A stretch of 64,000 nt of DNA. Source: Takakia lepidozioides (Eukaryota; Plantae; Bryophyta). Within the stretch, counting starts at the first letter, position 1, and each line of letters starts with the position of its first letter. The stretch is from the NCBI GenBank assembly GCA_030704615.1, contig CM060731.1:44950001-45014000 (forward strand). Direction: 5' to 3'. The notes under the pieces are model-generated. The model searched no databases, was not told where the DNA came from, and worked only from the letters and a program-made list of their open reading frames with translations. Positions 49,640 to 60,026 of this stretch are shown here, in pieces. The translations under genes and the position numbers were made by a program.

Positions 49640-52600
49640 AAATCATGCTGCAATGGTTTGTCATGGATACCACTATACCTCTTCAACTTATTAGCATTGA
49701 CTCTTTCCAGCATCTCTTTGTTAATGGTTTGTAACATGGCGGTGTTGTTATCATACATCTTTTGTATGACATAAGGTCATTTCCATGGTGATTTAAGCTT
49801 AGAAGCTTTAATCTTTCCCTTCTTCTGCAACCATAGAACCAAATCTCTCGTCTTAAAAGTCTTTAACTTGCCTTCATCAAACTGTTCCTTCCTCTTCATC
49901 TGAATTCTGGTCATATTATCTGCTGCATCAGCACGTACTTCTTCCACATGGTATAATTCATGTTTCCTGACTTTAATGGAATCTTGCAATTCCATTCTCT
50001 TTCCCCATTCCGTTCTCATGGTAGGTAACAGGAATTCCACTGGAAGTAAGGCTTCCATACCATAAACTAATTGGAATGGTGTATACTTAGTGGTGACTTT
50101 ATATGAGGTCCTGTATGACCACAAAGCTGTCAGCAGCTTTGTATCCCAATCCGTTCTGTTTGCATTGACTATCTTAGCCAAGATAGTACATAGTATTTTG
50201 TTGGTAGCCTCTGCCTGCCCATTACCCTGTGGGTAATATGTTGTACTCTTCCTATGCACAATCATGAACTCTTTAGTCAACAATTCAATGGTCTCATTGA
50301 TGAAGTGACTTCCTTGATCACTGATAAATTCCAAGGGACAGCCAATCGTGTAAGTATGTTCTCATACAGAAACCTTGCTGTGGACTTGGCTGTGTTGTCC
50401 CTCAAAGCTTTAGCTTCCACCCACTTCGTAGTATAATCAGTGGCTGTAATTATGTACCTGTTCTGTGTATTCTTGGCTGGTGGGTTAATTGGTCCAACAA
50501 AGTCTAGTCCCCATTTCTGAAATGGTTCCGTAGGCATTGTAGGATGCAAAGACATTTTCCCAGATCTCTGCAAAGGTCCCAGCCTCTGACATTCATCACA
50601 GCTCTGACAATACTTGTGTACATCTTTGAACAAAGTAGGCCACCAGTAACCTGCATGTAGTATTTTCCTGCTGGTAGTCTCTTCTCCAAAATGACCTCCT
50701 GCCACTCCTTTATGAACTTCCTCCAAAACTTTATTAACTTCATGGTGGTATAAGCATCGCTTCAGCACTCCATCTGGTCCTAGCTTATACATTCTGCTCC
50801 CTACCATAGTGTAAGGTAGAGCCTTGATAGCAATTCTCTTTCTCTGCTCCCTTCCATAACTTGGTGGGCACTGACCATGAGCAAGGTAGTATCTGATTGG
50901 CCACTGCCAATCTAACCATTCATCTGCACTTCCTTGCACCTCCATTACAAATAAACTCGCATCAGGTAACTGATCCTCTACTCCTGTGGCGGCCTCTCCT
51001 GTTGTTAGTCGTGACAAATGATCTGCCACAAGATGCAAACGGCCAGGCTTGTAAACAACTTCGAACTCAAACTCATGCAAGATTATTAACCACCTCGCTA
51101 TCCTTCCACTTATCAAAGGTTTGTTCACCAGATATATCAGAGCCTGGTGATCCACATAAAACATAAACTTTCTTCCCAATAGGTAATGCCTGAATTTCTT
51201 GATTGCATAAATCATTGCCAGTGCTTCTCTTTCAGTTGTGCTATAATTCCTTTCAGCACTGTTCATCAACCTGCTAGCATAGTACACAGGTGAATCTATA
51301 TTTCCTGTAACATTCTGGGCTAACACTGCTCCTAGTGCTTCTCCAGAAGCATCACAGTGAACATGAAATATTTTCTGCCAGTGAGGACTAATCAGCACAG
51401 GTGTAGTTGTTACTGACAATGTAAGTTCCTCAAAAGCCTGTTGACATTCAGGTGTCCATGCAAACACTTCATCTTTCTTCAGAAGTTTGCTCAATGGTGC
51501 TGCTATCTGTGCATACCGTCTGACAAATCTTCTGTAATAACTGGTTTGTCTAAGGAATCTCCTTAGACTCTTAACATTCACTGGTGGTGGAGAGGCTTTA
51601 ATGGCCTCTGTTTTCCTAGGATCCACAAGAAGTCCCCTCTTACACACAATGTGTCCCAGAAGCACCCCTGAGTTCACACAGAAAGTACACTTCTCTGGAT
51701 TCAGGCCCAGACCTCTCATCCTGCATCTGGCCAAGCATAACTCCAATTTATGCAAGTGCTCATTCTTAGAGCTGTACACAGTGAAATCATCCAGATACTC
51801 ATGAAAAGATTCACTTATCACTCTCTGAAAGGTCGCTGGTGCATTACAAAGTCTAAAGGGCATGACTTTGTATGCATAAGCACCCCAGTCTGTGATGAAA
51901 GCTGTTTTTCCTTGGTCTCCTTCTGCCACTTGCACTTGATTATAACCACTGAAGCCATCCATGAATGAGTACATCTCATGGCCTGCCACAGTGTCTAATA
52001 CTGCTTCTGTGAATGGCAAAGGAAATGATCTTTCTTCGTACAAGCATTCAGCTTCTTGTAGTTCACACAAACTCTTAGTTTACCATTCTTCTTGGGAACT
52101 ATCACAATGGGTGACAACCAAGTTGTATACTCTATTGGGTATATAAACTTAGCCTCAGCCAACTTCTTGATCTCTTCTCCAACCTTCTGTGCGTAGTTGG
52201 GATTCATTCTGTACCTTGCCTGCTTGATTGGTACTGACCCCGGTTCCAGTTCAATCTTATGCTGACAGATTTCAGGTGGTATCCCTTTTAAATCCTCATA
52301 GCTCCAAGCAAATACATCTCTGTATTTGATGAACAAACTCTTAGCTTCTTCAAAGAATTCTGGCTTCAAATCAGCTCCTACCTTCACCATCCTCGGTTCC
52401 TCTTTAGTTCCCACATTCACTTCCCTCACTTGCTCATCAGCTGTGATTGTCCAACCAGTCACCACTTCATCCTGTAAACTCACAGTGGCTGGTTCCTCTA
52501 GGATTTCCATTTCTCCTTCTTTTTCTTCATAGAAATGTGATGGGTAACTGCTGGTTTCCTCTTCAATCGGTGTTGTTGACACTACACCACAGCAGATACC

Positions 52601-54893
52601 CCTTAAACAACTTAGGCCTTCCAGCCGCATCTCTGCAACCTGCTCCCACTCTGGGTGTGCAGCAAACAGGGTAGCTTCCTGCTCCTCATCCAGTCCTCCT
52701 CTCCAGTCATACTCTCTGACTCCTCGAGGTCTTCTCGTAGCAGGTAATCTACTAGATTTCTTTGTGGTAATTTGTATCTCGTGTATCCCATTATGCACGG
52801 TTAGTAACTGAGAATTCTAGTCATGGAATACCCTGGCCTGTTTCAGCCACGGACGTCCCAATAATAAGGAGTAAGCCTCCATGACTTCATCCATCTTCAA
52901 CACAGTTACTGTGATCATAAAGATCATCTTCTGTATCTGTATCTTAACTCCTCTTATTAATCCCAATGGCTGTACACTTCTTTGATCTGCCATTCTTAAT
53001 GTAAATGGGGCTGGTTTCATGTTACTTAGACCAAGCTTCTTCCTTAATTGGTCTGTCATGATATTTACTCCTGAACCTCCATCTATAAGTACATCAGTTA
53101 GTTCTGTGCTTCCAATTCTCAATTGGATTACTGGTATAGAATCATCAAAGTCCATGACTGTTTCTCGCCCTTCCGGCTTCACATTATAACTGGTCACCTT
53201 GCTGTTCAGGTCTGTGTTCCCTATCTCCTGGGCAATTCGATTGATTGCTTGATACAGCCTGTGCCTACAATAAGGTGCCACAGCCAATAGCTGTCCAATG
53301 GTAATCTCTGCTTTGGTCTGGCATATTACTTCAGCCAAAGTCTCTTCATTACTTTGCATGTCTCTTTCTTCCTTTCATCCTCACTCACTTCTTCTTCTCT
53401 ATCAGAATCAGAGGAATCTGCCACAGGAATATCAGTACTCTTCTGCATTTCCCTTATGGTATCTGCCACTTCCTTGTGCAGTTCCTTCTCATATCTCCAA
53501 GCCTCATCATATTCCGGCATATCACTGCCACCTTCATTATCATCTTCTTCCTCTACTACTGGAGGTATTAGTTTGGCTTTTACTTCTTGTTACTATCATT
53601 GTACTTACTTCTGGTACAACACATGGCCTAACCATGTGAGCTGCCACCACTGGGCCCTCATTCACAGGAGCTTTCATCTCATTCTGGTGTCTAATCCAGA
53701 ATGAACAGGCTGCCTTGCGATGTCCTGGCTGATTACAATAATAACATAGTTCTTCACCATTGGGTCCTCGCCCTTGGTCTGCTCTTGGATTATTTCTGTA
53801 ATCCTGATTCCCAGGCTGGTAATTCCCCCTTGGATTACCCTGATAGTTGCCTCTGGAATTTCCTTGGTAATTCCCTCTTGAATTACCTCTCCCTTCCATG
53901 CCATTGTTATAACCACCAGACCTACCATAGTGGTCCTGATCATTGTTTCTTCTTGGCTGGGCTGCACCTGATGCACCCTTACTTGCCTAGGTTCTCTTGC
54001 AACTGTCCTTCTGTTGTAGTAACAATTCTCAGTAGAATGGTTATCCATTTTACAGATAGTACAGTGTTTCTCCTTCATGTGGCATTCTGTGGTGGTATGG
54101 CCTTCATTCTGGCACTTTGCACACCATACACCATTCCTCCAATGTGTTGCAGCCTCTGTGGCATACTTCTTCAAGATTTCTTCCAATCTTTTCTCATAGT
54201 TATCCCTCTTCAACTTCTCCTTTATCTTACTCTTCTTTTTTAGTTCTTGCTCTTCTTCTTCATCTGACTCATCCTCAGAGTCCTCATCATCCCTTTTCTC
54301 TCTCCTGAGCATCCCCAATTGCTCAATTCTGTTTGCAGTTTCAAATGCCTCCTCCACTGTATTATGGGATAACATATCCACTTTCTTTTGCAACTCTGGT
54401 CTTAGTCCACTCACAAACCAAGTCTTCTGTAACCCTGGTGCTGGTACTGCAGCCAGCTTTTTCATCATCAATTCCATCTTTTCCATATACTCCTCAACAG
54501 TTTCATGCTTCTTTTGCTTTAACTGTTGTAAACTTCCATACACTTCATCCTCAGTTTTACTTGTCCTGAATCTATTTCGGAATGCTGTATTCAAGCCATT
54601 CCAGGTTAGGAAATGATTATCAAGGAATCTTGCATACCATTCACTTGCTTTCTTTATAAGTGAACAAGGAAACAATCTCATCTTGACATCATCGCCATTC
54701 TCATTGTTCACTATACACATGTGCTCAAATTGGCTAATGTGTACATCGGGATCCCCTTTTCCTGAATATATTGGAAAAGGTGGTTTTGCCCGTGTTGGTT
54801 GTAACGCCATCTGTGGCCCTACTTTCTGCCCACTGACAGGTGCTGGCACTCTTGCTGGTGCTGGTCCTTCTGGACCTGTTGTTGTTGTGGTGG
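49640..54893 (-). pseudogene. Gypsy gag-pol (gag core, three CCHC knuckles, PR, RT, RNase H, integrase) with several frameshifts and stops
   Basis: gag: PIYSGKGDPDVHISQFE and knuckles CAKCQNEGHTTTEC, CTICKMDNHSTENC, CYYCNQPGHRKAAC. PR: LIDGGSG. RT: [44 protein letters not shown]: [26 protein letters not shown]: H-H-C-C zinc site, [26 protein letters not shown]. Confidence 0.96.
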
Positions 54894-57392
54894 ATTAGGC
54901 CTCAGGAGGGCCTGGGCTTTTGGCTCAGCCTCGAGACTTTCAAAGTTGGTAAACAGGGGTACAGGCACAATTCCCTTGATAGAATTGAAGAGAGCCTCTC
55001 TTTGGTGAGAGAACCCGGACAGCGTATCAGAAAATGAATACTGTCTTCAGATTGCCCACACAACGGACAATTGCACTCTCCCTTTCCTCTCTGCTTCTGT
55101 TTGCTGTTCAAAGGTAGGCTTCCTGCCCTGAGTTTAAATTTCAGTCTAGTGCCGAGAGTGGGTAGACCCTTGAGGTCATCCAAGATGTCCACCCCCATGT
55201 CACTGACTGGAAACAAGTTCAGGGAAGTTCTCTGCCTAACTTCATTTTCATTAGACAATCTCATGGCAACAGACATGGCCTCAGACACTACAGCCTCTAA
55301 GGCAGATTTATCCAGCAGGGTCAAGACTTGCGGATCCAGGTCCAGGTCCTTGAGAATCTTTTCTACTCTCTTCTGCCAGGACTTAGCCTGTTTGACAGGG
55401 CGGTCCTGTTTCCAAGATATAGAGTCAATCAACTTAGGATATCTGGTGTTGGGCATATGTTGCAGCTGACCCCACCATCTGACCTTGAATTCATCTCGTC
55501 GGGAGCTTAAGGATGGAATGCCAAACTCACCCCAAACAGCCACATTGGCTGTTTTGGAGCATGCTGACATACACTCCTTAAGCACCCCCACTTGAATGGA
55601 TTCTAGAGACTTAGCCTGGTTGGAGTTATCAACCCATATAGCAGATCCGTACTCCAAGGCAGGTCTAATAACGCGACAAAGCATGGTTTTCTTAACCTCA
55701 GAGATGACCCCTCTGCAGTGGAAAAATTTAGTGAGCCCCAGAGCTTTGCCCTTGCCAGTTCGAACAACTTTCCGGATATGTGCATCCCAATTACAATTGG
55801 AGGAAAACTCAACACCCAGGTAAGTGTAGGAAGGGAGGACCGGGATCTCTTGGCTACCCCACTGCCACTTAAGATTACTTCCTCCCTCTCCTCTGTCGTT
55901 GAATGCTACCACTGCATATTTGCTGACATTAGCCTCTAGCCCCCAAAGATCAAAGTATCTCTTCGCGCAATTAATAAACTCCTGAGTGTGATGCCACGGT
56001 AGTTCCCCGGTTCTTCTCTGTCACCCTTCTTGTATAGACTGACAATGACCCCCTGTCGCCAGCGAAAGGGGATCATTTCAGTCTTCCAGATAAGGTTAAA
56101 GAGGAGAACTAGGGCCTCTATCATGGGATCGCCACCGTGCTTGATAAGCTCGTTGACAATACCATCAGGTCCACCAGCTTTATATCCATTTAAATGTTCA
56201 ATTGCTTCCACAATCTCAGAAGAACTAATGGGCGCGTTATAAGCCATTGAAATATACTCCAGTTCATCAGGGCTGTTTTGAATCATAGGAACAATTTTTC
56301 CAACTGTGTCCCTCCATTCAGCGGAAGACCCCTCACTGTTAGACCTAGAAGTTCTGCCAAGGATACTGTAGTGATTTTCAAAGGTTTTGACAATGTCAAC
56401 CGATGAAGTCACCACTGCACCTTTAGTAGTCTTCAGCGCTTGTACTTGTTGACCGTTTTTAGGCTTGTACAACGTTGAAGGGCCAACCATAATTTCTTGT
56501 CATTACCACCATGGTGGTTTGAGTTTATTTCACTGTATAACTTATCCCAGTATAATTTCTTCTGAGACCTAACAAGCTGATTGATATCTTTCCGGAGCTG
56601 ATAGTACCTCGCCCACAATTCTCTGTTGGTTTTCAAATTGCAGCACTCTTTATAGAGGGCTCGTCCTCACCAAAAGGCCCAATGATATCGTCCTGATGGA
56701 GCCCTTTGCCCACCCGGGCATTGAAGTCACCCAATAGCACTACCTGACCTTTGGCAAGGAACGAAGCACAGTCCAGCTTTACATCTTCGAAGGCTTTGTC
56801 TGCGTCAGCACTAAGGGTCCCCTCTGTGGGCATGTAAACACAACCCACAAAGAGGTCCTTCGTACTCATGCCGCCCTTCAGATTCAGTTTTAGCCAGATA
56901 CTATGTTCGTACCTCAAACCCTTCTTGATAATTTCACAATTATCAAACAAGAAATCACATTAAGAATCCAACCCCTTTTTGACCGCGTTTGGCAAAGGCT
57001 GCCTTGAGAGTACACATCCTACCTGCCCATTTATAACCATTGACATCTCCAACCAGTTTATCCGAAGTTTCCCATGTTTCTTGCCCAGCACAGATATGAA
57101 TATCATTAGTCCGAAGGACTTGTCCCACTTCGAGTTGTTTCCTTTGGTTAGTAAGCCCTGAGAAGTTGAAAGTGGCCAGCCGCAAGCCAGCCCTTTGCAT
57201 GTGAATTGTTTGTCGTCTAGGTAGCTTGGGATTGCTCCTGGACGCCCAACCGTTCTGCAAAGGGGGGACAGTTACCCCATGTGTAGATTTTGCTCGTCTT
57301 GTGTAAACTCTTGAGTACCAAATCCTTCAGATTCAGGACGTTCAGGTTCTGTACACTTAGGGGCATCTTGTCCCTTTGGCTGTTTGGATTCA
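54894..57392 (-). mobile_element. RTE/RTEX-like LINE body (APE endonuclease, partly deleted RT, C-terminal CCHC)
   Basis: LATFNFSGL, ICAGQETW, VGCVYMP, LLGDFNARVG, KAGGPDGI, LYKKGDREEPGNYRGITL, YTYLGV, IRPALEYGSAIW and [18 protein letters not shown]. The RT core after GITL is missing. The TSD copy ATAAGGATGAGA lies at 57393-57404. Confidence 0.9.
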
Positions 57393-58093
57393 ATAAGGAT
57401 GAGAATAGGCCTGATACAGTGAGTACAACCATTGTGTCACGCCAATCATTATTAGGAAAGAAAATAGGCCTAATGTGCTCATTATCTCTGATGACTGGGA
57501 ATCTTGATGCCCATGTCCTCCTGTCATTGCTACACAACAATCCGCCACCACACCCGCATATCATCACCGATCAGCCCAGGCCTGCCCCACATTCCCGCGC
57601 ACTTACTTCATCCCTTTCGATTCCTGCCCTCTACATACATCACAACCTCAAACCTTCTCCCAAGTCAGTGCCCTCACCACATTCTGGTGCCCTCACCACA
57701 TTGTCCTACCATGCCCTGTGGAGAGGAGGGGAGAGGAGAGGAGGAAAAAGAGAAAGCCCGCGGAAGGGAAGGCGAACGCGGGAGAGGAGGAGAAAGAAAA
57801 GAGAAAGCCGTGGGAGGTCAGGGGAGAAAGATCGTGGAGCGAAAAAAAAAAAAAAAAAAACAAACATACAAAACGACGATTCCACGATTCGATCCCGGGA
57901 TGCATCGCGGCGGAATCGCCATTCTTACCACTACACTATCCCTAAAAACTCAACAACCCCCTCCTGTAAAATTATATTTAAGGTGTTTTAAACCCCCCTC
58001 TGTATGTATAATGTTGTACATGGGGGGGTTTAAAATACCCCCTCCTGTGCACGCACGTGGCTAGTACATTTAATGAGGAGTACACCCCCCGGG
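57393..58093 (-). mobile_element. 5' arm and TIR of the P-like DNA transposon
   Basis: The terminus ...GAGTACACCCCCCGGG at 58093 is followed by the TSD ACAGCAGC (58094-58101). CCCCCT(C)CTGT subterminal repeats lie at 57955-58050. Confidence 0.88.
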
Positions 58094-59051
58094 ACAGCAG
58101 CGCACTTTAGGGGGGGGGGGGGTGACACAACCCGTCACAGCCAACACAGCCAACACAGCCGACACAGCCAGACACAGTCAACACAGCCCGTCACAGCCAA
58201 CATAGCCGACACAGCCAGACACAGTCAACACAGCCCGTCACAGCCAACACAGCCGACACAGCCGACACAGCCAGACACAGTCAACACAGCCGACACAACC
58301 CGTCACAGCCCGTCACAGTTTCACACAGCCAGTCACAGCTTGACACAACTGTCACGACCATAGGGAACGGATAGCCGGACAGGGAACGACTGTGGGGAAC
58401 AACACCTGCGAATGGAACATGTTAGTTCACGGACGACGGTTAGTGAGGGAAACGGTTAGAACAACGGGTAGGAAGATAAAGCTAGAAGCAAGGACTGAAA
58501 AGGGGATCATTTTTGGAGCACTTCGGGGGGGGGGAATCACTGCTGGAAGGAGTGGGAAGGAGCACTTCTTGGAGAGACTTCGGACATCACTGGGGGAAAG
58601 GAGGAGAGAGTGTATCTCTGAGCAGAAAGATGGAGAGCACGGAGTAGGAGGAGGATCTGTTGATGCTTAATGAATGCAGGCAGTAGAATTGTAATGTAGA
58701 GCATATTAGAGACTCCATGGCTTCAGCCTGATACTTGATAGATATTAATCTGATACACACCTCATACTCACACTGTGTAGAGAGATCTGAGTGAAGCTGT
58801 GGAATGAATTGATGAGTTGATGGAATCCGATAAATTGATGAAGCAAACTGATACTTAATTACCAGCAGTAAGGTAACTAGCTAACATGAATGCGGGAAGG
58901 AAAACAAATAGGAAACACCCCCATGATACACTAGCTGTAGGTCATGACTGATTGTTCTGAGCGGGCTGAGTACTTAGAGATTTCCAACTCTTCTATCTTG
59001 GAGTTTCCGCCTCGGATAGCGAAGGGATGGGTGAGTAAAAGCCGCGCGACA
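58094..59051 (+). repeat. Remainder of the Gypsy 3' LTR
   Basis: It matches 35573-36486 with few substitutions and a longer CACAGCC array, and ends GCGCGACA before the TSD ACTCA. Confidence 0.96.
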
Positions 59052-59056
59052 ACTCA

Positions 59057-60026
59057 CCGTTGCACTCTGTAGCAATGCCGATGATACTGTTATGCTTCCC
59101 CCATTTTATTAAGTTCTTGAAACCTAGAGCTTTTACAGTGAGGAACATTGTTAATCCCCAAAACCTTGGGATTATGTGGGCAGCCAACAAGAAGGCCTAA
59201 ATGACTACAGTCTTATTCGAAAGGTTCATGATGGATTTTGAAACGAAAATGGTCGCGCTTGGCAGAGAGAAAGTATTGTTACTGGTTGACAACTTCTCTG
59301 GACATCAAATTCCAAACATAGCATGCAGGTTGCGTGTCACACAGCTCGAGTTTTTACCTTGTAACACCACAAGTAGATTTCAACCTATGGATGCTGGAAT
59401 TATTGCTTCATTCAAGGCTCATCAGATTGATTGTTTGATGGCAAAGAGAGATCCAGAAATTGATGTGTATCAAGCAGTCACAATGCTTATCCAAGCTTGG
59501 CGGCAAGGTGTGACTCGTGCATCAATAGAGAATTGTTGGAATCATACAGGGATCCTCTCCACTTTGAATACAACCCAGGCACTTCATGAGGCTCAAAGGA
59601 CAGAGATTGCAGACATTACGAGTTTATTAGAGCAGCTCACTATGGTATGTGCCGAAAATCCGCAACTGCCACCAAATATGGATGCTCACGAATACATCAA
59701 TTATGAGGCAGAATAACCCATACCAACCAACAGATGAAGAGATACTGGAGATGCTCGGGCCTCAAGCATCTATCATCGAAGAGGAAGAAGAGAGCGAATG
59801 TGTAATTTCTGATCGAAGTGTAACCCCAGTAGATTTTAAAGATGCACAGGTTGCTCTTGAAACATTGCATCATTTCTTGTAGCAGAGGTCGACAGATGTT
59901 ATGCACTTGGTAGACAGGTTACAAAAATTTGCAAAAGGTGTACAGATATTGAGGATGTCACATTCACATCAGACATGTATAGAGTCTTTCTTCCAACCTT
60001 CACTGCCTGCAGATCATCAGCTGTGA
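59057..60026 (+). pseudogene. Tigger/pogo transposase C-terminal half (DDE_1)
   Basis: It resumes as (RLT)VALCSNAD, then KVLLLVDNFSGH and FLPCNTTSRFQPMDAGIIASFK, and ends QTCIESFF...L*. In-frame stops are present. Confidence 0.92.

Larger units (their letters stand above)
35477..59051 (+). mobile_element. Full-length Ty3/Gypsy non-chromovirus (Athila/Phygy-like) LTR retrotransposon, disrupted by nested insertions and an inversion
   Basis: It starts TGTTAGAGG and ends GCGCGACA. The 5-bp TSD ACTCA lies at 35472-35476 and 59052-59056. PBS, gag, PR, RT, RH, INT and PPT are all present. I see no chromodomain or second RNase H. Confidence 0.95.

Noticed and set aside
38548-55370. Ectopic recombination between the two LINE copies as the cause of the inversion
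   Set aside because: The breakpoints (37830 and 54893) lie outside the shared homology, and one of them is in gag.
44938-58093. The two ...CACCCCCCGGG ends as direct repeats of two separate elements
   Set aside because: Each is flanked by one copy of the same 8-bp LTR target, and they become proper inverted termini once the independently evidenced inversion is undone.
35477-59051. Classification as Ogre/Tat
   Set aside because: The PBS and 5' ORF are suggestive, but only a canonical Gypsy RNase H is visible and there is no additional archaeal-type RNase H.
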